Shown: positions 51,512 to 62,025, counted from the stretch's first letter. The stretch: DNA of 64,000 nucleotides from Opitutaceae bacterium (GCA_051252375.1 JBPOFY010000001.1:128001-192000); one strand, 5' to 3'. Numbers and translations are program-made. Notes: generated by a model from the sequence alone, not told the origin.

Positions 51512-52303
51512 TCAAGGAATACGAATCACTTGCCCGACTTTGAGCGCATTTTCACTACGCAAACGGTCACGATTTGCTTGATAGATATCAATCCAACGCG
51601 AAGGCGTGCCGTAGTAGCGTGAACTGATCGTGCTCAAAGTATCGCCCGACTGCACGGTATGCGTGCGAGGCACAGAAGCCGGGTTGGGAGTCGCGGGCGC
51701 TGTCTGGCGAGTCTGTTGCACTTGTGCGGTGGTCGTGCGCTGTTGGGTGGCATTCGCTTGCTGCGTATTTTGCACGGTAGGCACGCTACGGGCCTGCCCG
51801 ACCATCGCCTGCAATTGCTGCACACGTGCCTGCGCTGCGACCAAATCACGCTTCAAGCTGTCATTCTCAAGCTTCAGATTCTTTACCAGCTCCATTAAAT
51901 CGATTCGATCCAGCTCACCCTGGTAAGGTTGCGCCGGCAACTGGCGGGCAAACTCTTTTTGCGCGGTCTCAATCAACTGACGCACTTGTGACGCTTGAGG
52001 AGACTGTGGCTTAAACTGTAGGTAGCGGTCAAAATGATAGATCGCACGCACTGGATCTTTAAGCTCACCCAAGTAGATGTAACCTGCCTCAAAATGTGAC
52101 TCGGGCGAATCTCGACGAGCATCGATCACGCGATGAAAGGCACTCAGCGCCTCTTCCATTCGCCCTTCACCCTTATATTTTTGAGCCAACTGATACTGTT
52201 TCTCATCCGTCTCGTTCACTAACTCTACCCCGCTCGGAGCGCAGCCGGAAAACAATGCGACAAAAAGAGCGATCATAGGAACAGCTAGAGACAAAGACTT
52301 CAT
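51512..52303 (-). CDS. TPR + coiled-coil + LysM lipoprotein
   Basis: Lipobox LFSG-C; TPR helices; C-terminal HTVQSGDTLSTISSRYYG...W..IY.AN..LKVGQVIRIP; ATG 52303. Confidence 0.88.
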   Translation of the reverse strand: MKSLSLAVPMIALFVALFSGCAPSGVELVNETDEKQYQLAQKYKGEGRMEEALSAFHRVIDARRDSPESHFEAGYIYLGELKDPVRAIYHFDRYLQFKPQSPQASQVRQLIETAQKEFARQLPAQPYQGELDRIDLMELVKNLKLENDSLKRDLVAAQARVQQLQAMVGQARSVPTVQNTQQANATQQRTTTAQVQQTRQTAPATPNPASVPRTHTVQSGDTLSTISSRYYGTPSRWIDIYQANRDRLRSENALKVGQVIRIP

Positions 52304-52350
52304 AGAACTGTGTGTTAAATCTGCACTGTTTTCCGTCAACGCTATTCGCT

Positions 52351-53100
52351 TTAAGCCAAGTCCGTGGATGTCTGTTCGCTCCAACAACCAAGCACAGACG
52401 CCGTCGCCGAAACCGCAGCTACAACCGCCGTTTCTGCACGTAGAACATGCGGTCCAATATGCGCCAACTTCCAACCGTTCTTGCGAAAAACATCTCGCTC
52501 CGTCGGCGACCAACCGCGCTCTGAACCGAGCGCAATCAAGGCACTGCCTGCCGCCTGTGGTAAAATAGCACTCAGGGCGCCCTCTGCTTCATAATTGTCC
52601 AAGGCAATATTCACATCCGCGCCATAGAGCGCCGAAATAGCCGACTGCAAATCAGCATGCATCGCCACATCCGGCACATGCGTGCCAAAGGACTGCTCGG
52701 TGCCTAAGCGTAAACGATCACGCCACTCATCCGTCGACCACAGACTGCTCTGCGCATACGAAGGCTCGCTCCGCTCGGATTCAAAAAAGTGCAAAGCCTG
52801 CACGCCCATGCTGGCCGCATCGAAAAGAATACGCTTAGCCGTGTGCGGGCGCGGCAGACCAATCAACAAAGTAATCGGTAATGCCGCTGGCGAAGACTCC
52901 GTATTCACTACTTCCAAAACAACCGCACCATCATCGGACAGTTCAGTCACGGACACACGCGCACGCGGTCCGTTTTCAAAACCGACAAACACCAAAGTGC
53001 CAACGACAGCGCGCAACACCTTGCGGATGTGCTGCGCCCGAAGATCCGAACCTTCCAGTCGAATCGTCTCAAAAGGTTTTTCAAATAGAATGAGATTCAT
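52351..53100 (-). CDS. rsmE: 16S rRNA m3U1498 methyltransferase
   Basis: HIRKVLR, GLPRP, EQS, LGSERGWSPTE, GPHVLRAETA; ATG 53100. Confidence 0.9.
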   Translation of the reverse strand: MNLILFEKPFETIRLEGSDLRAQHIRKVLRAVVGTLVFVGFENGPRARVSVTELSDDGAVVLEVVNTESSPAALPITLLIGLPRPHTAKRILFDAASMGVQALHFFESERSEPSYAQSSLWSTDEWRDRLRLGTEQSFGTHVPDVAMHADLQSAISALYGADVNIALDNYEAEGALSAILPQAAGSALIALGSERGWSPTERDVFRKNGWKLAHIGPHVLRAETAVVAAVSATASVLGCWSEQTSTDLA

Positions 53101-53114
53101 GACGCATGCCAAGT

Positions 53115-53149
53115 ATTCTGAACCCTGACTCCCGTATCCTAAATCCTGA
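53115..53149. repeat. 5 x 7-bp degenerate tandem repeat between the helicase and rsmE
   Basis: ATTCTGA ACCCTGA CTCCCGT ATCCTAA ATCCTGA. Confidence 0.7.
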
Positions 53150-53150
53150 A

Positions 53151-54365
53151 TTAACGGCGGCGACCGAAGCGACTCGAAGCCGAATTACGCTTACGGCGAA
53201 CTGGCTTGGCTGCTTCACCGGTGCGGATCACTGGCTCGTAGAAATAGTTAAAGTTCTCAAGCTTACGCTGCGGAATCGTTTGATCGATAAATTTCTCAAT
53301 CGCATCGAGTTTCGCCTGCTCGTCTGGTGCGACGATCGTGGCGGCATCGCCCTCGCGCTGCGCGCGACCAGTCCGACCGATACGGTGAACATAGTCTTCC
53401 GCATGCTCAGGCACATCGTAATTAATGACGTGCGTCACATTCGCGATATCGAGACCACGCGACGCAATGTCTGTAGCAACGAGAATTTTGATTTCACCCT
53501 TCTTAAACTGGTCCAGCGCTTTCGTGCGCGCCTTCTGAGGAAGATTAGAGTGCATCGCCGCGCAACTGTAGTCACGCTCTTGCAACCAACGGGCGATACG
53601 GTCCGCGCCCACCTTCATGCGGCAGAAAATAATCATGCTGTCGATTTCCATCATCTCAATCAAAGCGATCAAGAGGTCGAACTTCTGCATCGCACCTACT
53701 GGATACACTTCGTGTTTCACAGTCTCCGCAGGAGTCAGCTTAATACCGATTGTGACTTCAGCCGGATTTTTCAGGCTCTTGGAAACAAGGCGTTTGATAT
53801 CTTCCGAAACGGTTGCCGAGAAAAGCAATGTCTGACGGTTTGCACCACATAACTTAATAATACGTTGCACATCGTCGATGAAGCCCATGTCGAGCATGCG
53901 GTCGACTTCATCCAGCACCAGCACCTCAATCGAGCGCAGGTCAAAATTCTTCTGTTGCAAGTGATCGAGCAAACGACCCGGTGTCGCAATCACGACATCG
54001 GCTCCCTCTTTAATCTCATCAATCTGCTTACCGTAGCCTACACCACCGTGAATGAGGCAGCACTTCGGCGCACAATATTTGCCGTAAGAGGCAAACTGAT
54101 CTTCCACTTGAGCCGCTAGCTCGCGAGTCGGTCCCAAAATAAGGCAACGCGGCGCGGCGCCCTCTTTATGCCCGCCCAAACGGTGTAGAATCGGTAGCGC
54201 GTAGGCCGCCGTTTTCCCCGTGCCGGTTTGAGCTGAGCCAATGACATCGCGGCCATCGAGGATAAGTGGGATCGCTCCCGCTTGAATAGGTGTCGGTGTG
54301 GTAAAACCGAATTCGTCAATAGACTTAAGGATAGACTCATCGAGTCCAAATTCGTGAAACGTCAT
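53151..54365 (-). CDS. DEAD-box RNA helicase (RhlE-like)
   Basis: PTPIQ, AQTGTGKT, PTRELA, TPGRL, DEVD, SAT, SRGLD, HRIGRTGR; ATG 54365. Confidence 0.95.
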   Translation of the reverse strand: MTFHEFGLDESILKSIDEFGFTTPTPIQAGAIPLILDGRDVIGSAQTGTGKTAAYALPILHRLGGHKEGAAPRCLILGPTRELAAQVEDQFASYGKYCAPKCCLIHGGVGYGKQIDEIKEGADVVIATPGRLLDHLQQKNFDLRSIEVLVLDEVDRMLDMGFIDDVQRIIKLCGANRQTLLFSATVSEDIKRLVSKSLKNPAEVTIGIKLTPAETVKHEVYPVGAMQKFDLLIALIEMMEIDSMIIFCRMKVGADRIARWLQERDYSCAAMHSNLPQKARTKALDQFKKGEIKILVATDIASRGLDIANVTHVINYDVPEHAEDYVHRIGRTGRAQREGDAATIVAPDEQAKLDAIEKFIDQTIPQRKLENFNYFYEPVIRTGEAAKPVRRKRNSASSRFGRRR

Positions 54366-54609
54366 AATTAGCTGTGGGTGAAAAGCCCGGCCAACTTTCG
54401 CATCCGGGTCCAATAAGTTGCAATCAGCCATGGCGGCGATCGCGAGAAATGCAGCAGAGTGGATTTATTTACCTGAGAATCAAGGAGAAAGAAGTTGCGG
54501 ACAAATTGCCAGCGATCGCCGAAACCGTCGCATTAACTATACAATGAATAGTTTACAAAGCTCGCTTAAAACCCCAGCCTACCGTCTCTTTAAATTTATG
54601 ATACTACAG

Positions 54610-56064
54610 ATGCGTTATTTCCAATCAATCCTCCTAAGTTTCGCGGCGATAGCGGCTCCATTATTTACACATGCAGCATCCCTAGAAGACGCCTCAAAAT
54701 ATCTCGACCATGATGGCTCACTAGTTGCCTTCATGGACTTCGAGGGCGACGGCAAAGAAATTGGCGACGCGCTCAATTTGATCTATCAGGAGGTGGTTGC
54801 CAACTCCCCACAGATGCCACCGATCCCTTTGGATTTCAATCAACTGATCGAGAACTTAGGTTATGGCTCATTAAGTTCGTTCGCAGTCAGTTCTAAGGAA
54901 GTGGAGCCCGGACTACACAGAAACCGATCAGTTGCACTTCTGAAGGGAGAACTCAGTGGTCTATTAAAAATGTATGGCACCAAGGCGCACACTTTTACTG
55001 CTGCAGAGCAAGCACCCGCAGATGCGAGTGGTGCGATAACCGCAACCATGGATCTAAATGTTATTCGAGATACGATCATCAGCATCATGCAGCAAGTAAT
55101 GGGACCAATGGGTGAAGGTCTTGCGCAACAACAACTCGAACAACCAATCCCTGGGACTGACATCAAAGTGAATGAAGTCATCGAAGCGCTCTCAGGTAAA
55201 TGGGACGCGTTTTGGCTACAGAGCTATGGTGAAGACTTTCAACAAACCTTTAAATTCTGGATCAGTATAGAACAGGGCGGCGTATTATTTACCCGACTAC
55301 AGCCATTAGCAGAAAGTCTCCCAATCACCATCTCAGAAAACGAGACCTCGCGCAAAGCGGATCTCAGCCTCCTCATTGGTGAAGATGCTCCGTTTGGCTT
55401 ATTCATCAAAGCAATAAAAGAGAGCGGGGACTTAATCATCTATTCACATGAAGATTGGAACGCACATAGTGAAGGTCCAAGGCTCATCGAGAAAGCTGAA
55501 TTCATGTCATTAGCAAAGCGCCTCCCTTCAGAAGGCTTGGCCTTTAGCTACAGCGTAGGTGCAGATATAAAGCCAATATTCGCGGCCTTGGATGCCTTAC
55601 CCGAAGTCGCGCAATACTCCAAAGCGATTCAATCCACAGTCAACCTGCTGTTCGGTGACTACATGAAGCCAAACATCGCAGTGACAACACTACACAAGGA
55701 CGCGATCGTAACCGAGCAATATGCGGGCTACTCCACCAAGCAAATCGTCTTAGCCCTCCCAGTCATGGTCGGGGGTGGCTTAACCGCGGCCATGGCGATT
55801 CCCGCATTCCAAAAAGTGCGTGCTTCCTCTCAAGAAAAAGCGGTCACCAATAATTTACGCCAAATCGCCTCTGCAGCCGACCAATATTTCCTAGAAGAAG
55901 GGAAAACTTCTGTAACCATCGAAGAGCTAGTCGGTCCGGATAAATACATTCGGGAGCTAATCCCCGTCGCAGGGGAAAGCTACGAAGGCATGATCATCAC
56001 AATGGAAATGGATGAAATCAGCGTGACCCTAGAAAGCGGACAAGTCGTCTCGCTTCCATTCTAA
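54610..56064 (+). CDS. Exported protein with C-terminal type IV pilin-like domain
   Basis: Signal peptide (MRYFQ..THA-AS); C-terminal GLTAAMAIPAFQKVRASSQEKAVTNNLRQIASAADQYFLE; start is 54610 or 54598. Confidence 0.75.
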   Translation: MRYFQSILLSFAAIAAPLFTHAASLEDASKYLDHDGSLVAFMDFEGDGKEIGDALNLIYQEVVANSPQMPPIPLDFNQLIENLGYGSLSSFAVSSKEVEPGLHRNRSVALLKGELSGLLKMYGTKAHTFTAAEQAPADASGAITATMDLNVIRDTIISIMQQVMGPMGEGLAQQQLEQPIPGTDIKVNEVIEALSGKWDAFWLQSYGEDFQQTFKFWISIEQGGVLFTRLQPLAESLPITISENETSRKADLSLLIGEDAPFGLFIKAIKESGDLIIYSHEDWNAHSEGPRLIEKAEFMSLAKRLPSEGLAFSYSVGADIKPIFAALDALPEVAQYSKAIQSTVNLLFGDYMKPNIAVTTLHKDAIVTEQYAGYSTKQIVLALPVMVGGGLTAAMAIPAFQKVRASSQEKAVTNNLRQIASAADQYFLEEGKTSVTIEELVGPDKYIRELIPVAGESYEGMIITMEMDEISVTLESGQVVSLPF

Positions 56065-56080
56065 AGTAGACGGTTACTTC

Positions 56081-56119
56081 CAAGCCGAGGTGATGTCCCC
56101 ATGACGTCGCCTTGGTTTG
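56081..56119 (+). terminator. Long hairpin between convergent genes
   Basis: CAAGCCGAGGTGATGTC-CCCAT-GACGTCGCCTTGGTTTG; 17-bp stem on the + transcript including 4 G-U pairs; no U tail. Confidence 0.5.
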
Positions 56120-56125
56120 AATCAA

Positions 56126-58213
56126 TCAAAACGGAAAACCGATCGAAAAATGCAACGCCCCAGCCGAATCCTCAGGACGAGGATTCAAATTATACCCATA
56201 TTCCAAACGGATTGGGCCGACGACGCTTTGATACCTCAACCCAAGGCCAATCGAGCTTAAGTAATCAACATTTCCATTGAAGTCACCATCTCTGGAATTC
56301 CCCACGACATCGTAGAATCCAACAATGGAAAAGTCTGCGAAAACACGTTGCTCTATTTCAAGGTTTAGCAGAGCAAAAGACTCTGCGCCAATTTGTTCCC
56401 CCTGGCTATCTAACGGTGAAGCCTCGCCCTCCAAATAACCACGAACAGAGTTCTCGCCACCATTGAAGAAGCGCTCAGTGAATGGGATATTATTCCGTGC
56501 ATCGCCATTAGCAAATATCGTCCCCGCTCGAATGCCTAAATGTAAAATGGTCGAGTCAAACAATGCGCGATGGTAACTGCCCCCCAACTCCAACTTTTGA
56601 AAACCCACGGATCCTCCAAGAAACTGACTAGCAATCGCAAATTCTGTATAGATCGTATAACCGGATGTCGGGGCTAGAAAATGATCTCTTCGATCTAAGT
56701 TCAGCTTCGCGGAAAAACTTCCGATTGTAGCGCTATCTTCAGATGAAAAATCAGAACTTGCGGAACGATCCGCATCTTCTCGGGCATACCGATACTCAAG
56801 CGACAGCTGAATATCAGAGCCCGTAAAACGTTTCGATGTTCCGATTGCTATACTTTGCTCAGAACGATCGAAGGAAACTTCCTCCCTAGAATTATACTCC
56901 GCCGTGGTGTAGCCTTTGAGCTCACTGCCAAATAGCTGTGGCACTGAATAAGTTGCCTCTGTATTGGTTGAACGAAAGCTCTTTTTCGCACTCAACTCAT
57001 AACGATGCGCGAGGCCGAAAAGATTTTTTTGCGACCAATTAAGCCCGACCCTAGCCAGTTCGTAACTCCCCCAACCCGCTAGCAGATCAAGCTCTTGCCA
57101 AGGCGCAGGGGTCAATTCGTAAACGAGCTTACGCTCGGCACCCGACTCGGGCTCATAGCTCATGGAAATATCCCGATGAATGCCTAAGCCCATCAATCGG
57201 CGGCGAGATTCACTCGCTAAAAGAGGATTCAGGGGGTCGCCGGGCGACAATTCTATTAGACGCTCCAAGACCTTTGGACTGGTGGAACTATCTCCCCGAA
57301 ATTCCACGCCCGTATAGGTCACCGCAGATTTAATGTTTAACTTAAAGTGGACATCCAAAACAAGCGCACCGTTTCCATCTTTACCTCGCTCACTCACTGT
57401 TCGTGCAATCTCCATATTGGCATAGCCTTCTTGGTAAGCAGCATTTCTGATGATCTGGCGCTGCTCCAACTCCCATTCGCTCGTAAACAAAGCATCCGAT
57501 TCTTCAGTCGTCGTTCTCTCGACCTTTCCAGAGCCGTCCACCCACTCCACGGTCACGACACCAACGCGATGCAAGACTCCGGAGTCAATCGACACCATAG
57601 CAGCGACTGCACCGGTCTCGTCATCCAGTGTAATATCTTTAGAGATCAAGCTCGCTTGCCGATACCCCATTTCTCTTAAAGTGGCTAACAATCGGCTAAT
57701 ACGCCGATCAAAGTTGCTTTCCGTAAAGACCCGTGAAGTCCTCGTGAGAATCAACGCTCCGTCGGGGATAAAGAAGCGCTTGATACTGCGCTCATCCAAT
57801 GCAGATACCCCAGTTACGGTGATAGAATCGTAGTAATATAATTTACCTGGCCGTAGATTAAACACTGCATGATCCGCGTGATAGTCTGCAGTCAATTGAA
57901 TGGAATAATTCTGCTCCCAGACGAACGCATCCTCCACGCCGCCGACTTGAAAGGTGCCGGATAGGCTAGGCTTTAAATAACCTTGGCGTTTCATTTGTTG
58001 CAGCAAAAGGAAAGCACTATCTTCCAAGAAAGCCGCATCGAGCACCGCGTCCTCTTTACTCGACACTCCTTGCAAGAAAGCCAAACGGGTCTCGTAAGAC
58101 CTTTCTTTGAAAAACCCGAGACCTTCAATATCAACGTTCTGCTGGGCGCTCAAAGTAAGCACAGGCACGATCATGGAAATAGCCACAAAGCCTATAAGGA
58201 ATCGAACGTTCAT
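56126..58213 (-). CDS. Omp85-family outer membrane protein (TamA/BamA-like)
   Basis: POTRA-like N-terminal region; RFFNGGENSVRGY, GLGLRY....GPIRLEYG, terminal HFSIGFPF beta-signal. Confidence 0.9.
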   Translation of the reverse strand: MNVRFLIGFVAISMIVPVLTLSAQQNVDIEGLGFFKERSYETRLAFLQGVSSKEDAVLDAAFLEDSAFLLLQQMKRQGYLKPSLSGTFQVGGVEDAFVWEQNYSIQLTADYHADHAVFNLRPGKLYYYDSITVTGVSALDERSIKRFFIPDGALILTRTSRVFTESNFDRRISRLLATLREMGYRQASLISKDITLDDETGAVAAMVSIDSGVLHRVGVVTVEWVDGSGKVERTTTEESDALFTSEWELEQRQIIRNAAYQEGYANMEIARTVSERGKDGNGALVLDVHFKLNIKSAVTYTGVEFRGDSSTSPKVLERLIELSPGDPLNPLLASESRRRLMGLGIHRDISMSYEPESGAERKLVYELTPAPWQELDLLAGWGSYELARVGLNWSQKNLFGLAHRYELSAKKSFRSTNTEATYSVPQLFGSELKGYTTAEYNSREEVSFDRSEQSIAIGTSKRFTGSDIQLSLEYRYAREDADRSASSDFSSEDSATIGSFSAKLNLDRRDHFLAPTSGYTIYTEFAIASQFLGGSVGFQKLELGGSYHRALFDSTILHLGIRAGTIFANGDARNNIPFTERFFNGGENSVRGYLEGEASPLDSQGEQIGAESFALLNLEIEQRVFADFSIVGFYDVVGNSRDGDFNGNVDYLSSIGLGLRYQSVVGPIRLEYGYNLNPRPEDSAGALHFSIGFPF

Positions 58214-61200
58214 CGCCTAAAAAGATTCCAAAGCAAATTCATATTATAAGCGTCATACTCATCGTATTCACCCTTCAAACCCCAATCATCGCTAATATCA
58301 AACTCAGCCCCCACTGTCCGCCTACCAGACCGGCTCCTTTTATCCCCCAGTTCGATCGTCACACGATCCAAAACAGTTTCATTCATCCCACCAGCTCCCA
58401 ATAAACCTCTTCCCAAATAAAGACCCACGGCACCGACCCCGCCTCCCGTTGTCGAACCAGTCGTCAATAGCCTTAAGATTGATGCATTGGATAATTCCGG
58501 AGTAGAAGAGAACTGAACAAACGGCTCATCTAAAGTATTCGTCACCTCCATAGTGATGGTGTAGGCAGGCGATTGCGCGATACCTGAAAAAACCAACTGC
58601 ACTTCATTCAAACGCGCAGGGTCAATAAACACCTCACCTTTATCGATGGACATCTTTGCTCCCGGAAAGGTTAACTCACCATCAACCGTTCGAACCAAAC
58701 CTGAGAGCTCAGGATATTGAAAACTGCCTCCTAAATATAAGTCCGCGGATAGAAGCGTTTTAGAGTAAGGGCTTTTCACCCTCATGAAACTCTCACCGAA
58801 AACAGTAACGTCAAAAAGCCACTCCTTGAATGGGTCCTGCTCAATCGAAAAATATGGCGGTCGAGCCTTTGGACCCGATGCGATACCTGAGCCCAACGGG
58901 TCAAACTCCAGCAATAATGTGCTCGACCTAAGATCGAGTCGCCCACGGACGACCGGAAGATCTACCTCGGTCAAATGCTTCGCTTCTAAATCGACATCAC
59001 TACGAAGTAACATGTCTGTTGTGCGTAACAGCGGAACATTCTTTCCCGCGACCTTCAAATCCCAAAGAGGCGCCTGCATATTCGCTAGATCAACCCATCC
59101 TGATACGTTTACCTGACTCCCGCCAACGTGAGCGGTTGCTGTGCTTAAATCTAAACGTTTATTGGCCAGTTGTAATTTACCGGAAATTCGATCAATCGAA
59201 GAAAAATTTTCAGTCGGTCGAAACGCAAAATCGTCAAACTCCAGAACGCCACTCAGCGCGATATCAGGCTCCAAAGTTAATACGCCACTCAAGGCCCCAC
59301 TTCGCCGAAAGAAATCGGGCATCAAATGTATCCATTGCTCCAATTGCCAATTATCTAACCTCAACTCCCCAGAGATAGATTTCGCTAGAGAGATCGGCTC
59401 ACGATCCTCAACATACAACCATTCAATAAGAGATGACACGGGAAGCTGCATCTGTCCGAACAATTCACTTTGGTTTACGGATAAACGAAAATCTGAAACG
59501 TCGACACTCTCGGAATCAAGAGTGGCAACCACTCGAAGGGTATCCACTACAGGGAGCTTATGAACGGACACAATCTGGCTGCCCAACTCTAAGCCTTTAA
59601 GGGAAAGCTGGAGTTCGCCTACAGGATCATCCAAATCACCAGAAAGCTTAAACTGCAACGATCCCTCCCCAATATGTAATGCAGTGTTTTCTGCCACGAA
59701 ATCAGCAAGGACAGGAATCAAAGAGGCACTCATTTCACCAGCAAGTTTCCCATGCTCCAGAAGCTCCCAACTCAGCCCTGACTTCTCGGAATATCCAAAG
59801 CGCACGGGTAACACAAAAGCCCCTTGAATGGCGTAGGCATCATCAATCTTTAATTGCAGCGCCTCAATTTCTACTCCGGTCGGATCAAGCCTTGCCCGTA
59901 AATTGCAGAATGAATCAATCTCCCCCGGCAGACGCAGCGCCGCACTTGCAAAAACCTCCCCAGAGATAAAAGGCTCAAATACATCGACCTTAAACACTAG
60001 CGACTCCACCTCATAAGCAGGCAAATCCTCGCTCAACCATCTGTTAAATCGAGCAAAAGACACATTGTTCATTGATAGCGCCAGACCGACTCCCGGACCG
60101 TATATGGTCTCCAGAGACTGCCCTCCCCCCTTAAGTTGAACACGTGAAACAGAAACGCGATCCAACCATTTCTCCGGCTCGAGATTTAATACAACCGAAA
60201 CAGGCTCAAACATGACTAGCTCTGGGAACGACTTATCGGCTAAGGCTAAATGCTGCAAATCAACATTTACGACACCTTCATGATATCGACAACTAAGACC
60301 AGCAGATAGACTGGCTCCTTCACACCCGACAATCCCATCCCAGTAAAACGTATCGAATTTTTCGATACGTCCTGATCCGCTCACGGAAACAGGATTCATG
60401 CGAGGCAATACCAACTCGGCAGACGCCAGATCATATGTAACGACAGGGCTCACCCAAGCCCCCGAGACACGACCTTTCAGCTTAACAGCACTACCAAATA
60501 TTGAATTCTCAGTGATCTCGTTGAGGTGCTGACTCCCGAGATCGAGTTCGTAATTCAAATCAAGCTCTCGAGTGAACAGATCGACTACACCCTTAAGTTC
60601 TACCTCACTCTGGCTATCGCCATTGCTAGAGGATGAAAGAACCTGCAACGAATCAAAAGCCACTGTATTATCAGAATAACGCCCGTTCGCCTTAATCGAA
60701 TCAAGTGAATGACCAGAGTAACGAAACGAATGTCCCTCCAACTCGAAGCGTAGATTAGGTATATCGGAATCTGTTTTTGCTGAGACCGAAACCTTTAAGT
60801 CAAATACACCCTCCGCATCAACAAATGACTGCTTCGCGAGATCGATCGACAAATCAAACATCGCGCCATCAACCTGTGAGGCGAGGCTCAAACCATCTTG
60901 AAACTTCAGAGAGACCGACTCACGCAAGGTAGCATCTCCGAAAGGGGCATTCAGCAAGAACGACTGAACTGTTAAGTGCTCCATGTCCCCAGAAAATTGC
61001 AACTTCGCATTGATAGGACTGGTGATCGCTTCGCCAACAGTGACGATCGCCTCAACCTCTGCCGCTCCTCGAAATTGGTCCTGGCTCCAGTCGAATTGGA
61101 AATGATTCAATTTAATTGAATCGAACTGATCACCCAGCAAAGCAGGTGCGATCGTTTCCTCGACGGTAAATCCCTTTGTCAAAAGCGAGAATGTTTTTGG

Positions 61201-61944
61201 TAAAATCTCACCCTCTTCAAGCTCTAAGCTGCACTCGATCTGCTCCGATTGCCGACGAGCGATGCCAGATAAAAAATATCCAGCGCTCGATTCCCGCAGT
61301 GTCAGATTAAAACTCACCTCGGACTGCGCTTGCGCAGCAGAAAAAAACCACTCCTCACCTTCCGGAAATTCTACCGCGAGAGTTATAGCTTCGGTTAACC
61401 AGTCGGACTTAAGCTGTGTCGTAATACGACCAGAACCATATTGGAGTGCCTCAAAATCTAAGACATGCTCTCCGGATGTCACTCGCAAGGTATTGACTGA
61501 AATCTGCGGCAACCAGTCGGCATACTGATCCTTCGCATCTCTGAGCTCACGAATAATTGCAACTGGATCATTCCTATCGCGACTAACATCCAATTCTGCC
61601 GCTGAGTCCGTCTTCATAGCGACCTCCACATTACTGGCGTTAACGGATGATAAGCCCTCCCCATTTTTGTCCATGAAACGAAATGACAAATACTGGTAGA
61701 GATTGGGTATTTCAATTTGGTCTGCATCCAGCTTGATGGAATCAGCACGAAAAGAAATCTCCCTTAAGACGATCCGACCACCATTGACCCGCTCTATTGA
61801 GCCGACCTCCACATCTTGAGTGCCCAGTGCAAATGGCAACACCCAAGGAAGCCAAACCTGACTCAAGGCTAAGAGTAAAATCACCCCTCCAAAAAATAGG
61901 CAAAAGCCTACAATGGAGCGACGTATGGTCATTCGCATTCTCAA
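58210..61944 (-). CDS. TamB-like translocation/assembly module protein (AsmA superfamily)
   Basis: N-terminal TM, beta-rich body, DUF490-like C-terminus (FSSTPELS...IL.LL..G); TGA overlaps the ATG of the Omp85 gene. Confidence 0.85.
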   Translation of the reverse strand: MRMRMTIRRSIVGFCLFFGGVILLLALSQVWLPWVLPFALGTQDVEVGSIERVNGGRIVLREISFRADSIKLDADQIEIPNLYQYLSFRFMDKNGEGLSSVNASNVEVAMKTDSAAELDVSRDRNDPVAIIRELRDAKDQYADWLPQISVNTLRVTSGEHVLDFEALQYGSGRITTQLKSDWLTEAITLAVEFPEGEEWFFSAAQAQSEVSFNLTLRESSAGYFLSGIARRQSEQIECSLELEEGEILPKTFSLLTKGFTVEETIAPALLGDQFDSIKLNHFQFDWSQDQFRGAAEVEAIVTVGEAITSPINAKLQFSGDMEHLTVQSFLLNAPFGDATLRESVSLKFQDGLSLASQVDGAMFDLSIDLAKQSFVDAEGVFDLKVSVSAKTDSDIPNLRFELEGHSFRYSGHSLDSIKANGRYSDNTVAFDSLQVLSSSSNGDSQSEVELKGVVDLFTRELDLNYELDLGSQHLNEITENSIFGSAVKLKGRVSGAWVSPVVTYDLASAELVLPRMNPVSVSGSGRIEKFDTFYWDGIVGCEGASLSAGLSCRYHEGVVNVDLQHLALADKSFPELVMFEPVSVVLNLEPEKWLDRVSVSRVQLKGGGQSLETIYGPGVGLALSMNNVSFARFNRWLSEDLPAYEVESLVFKVDVFEPFISGEVFASAALRLPGEIDSFCNLRARLDPTGVEIEALQLKIDDAYAIQGAFVLPVRFGYSEKSGLSWELLEHGKLAGEMSASLIPVLADFVAENTALHIGEGSLQFKLSGDLDDPVGELQLSLKGLELGSQIVSVHKLPVVDTLRVVATLDSESVDVSDFRLSVNQSELFGQMQLPVSSLIEWLYVEDREPISLAKSISGELRLDNWQLEQWIHLMPDFFRRSGALSGVLTLEPDIALSGVLEFDDFAFRPTENFSSIDRISGKLQLANKRLDLSTATAHVGGSQVNVSGWVDLANMQAPLWDLKVAGKNVPLLRTTDMLLRSDVDLEAKHLTEVDLPVVRGRLDLRSSTLLLEFDPLGSGIASGPKARPPYFSIEQDPFKEWLFDVTVFGESFMRVKSPYSKTLLSADLYLGGSFQYPELSGLVRTVDGELTFPGAKMSIDKGEVFIDPARLNEVQLVFSGIAQSPAYTITMEVTNTLDEPFVQFSSTPELSNASILRLLTTGSTTGGGVGAVGLYLGRGLLGAGGMNETVLDRVTIELGDKRSRSGRRTVGAEFDISDDWGLKGEYDEYDAYNMNLLWNLFRR

Positions 61945-62025
61945 AATAATATCGACGTTGCCGTCTTACGACCAGTCTTCATGACGATTTGATCCATACT
62001 CAATGCGAAAGTTACAAAGTCCGGC

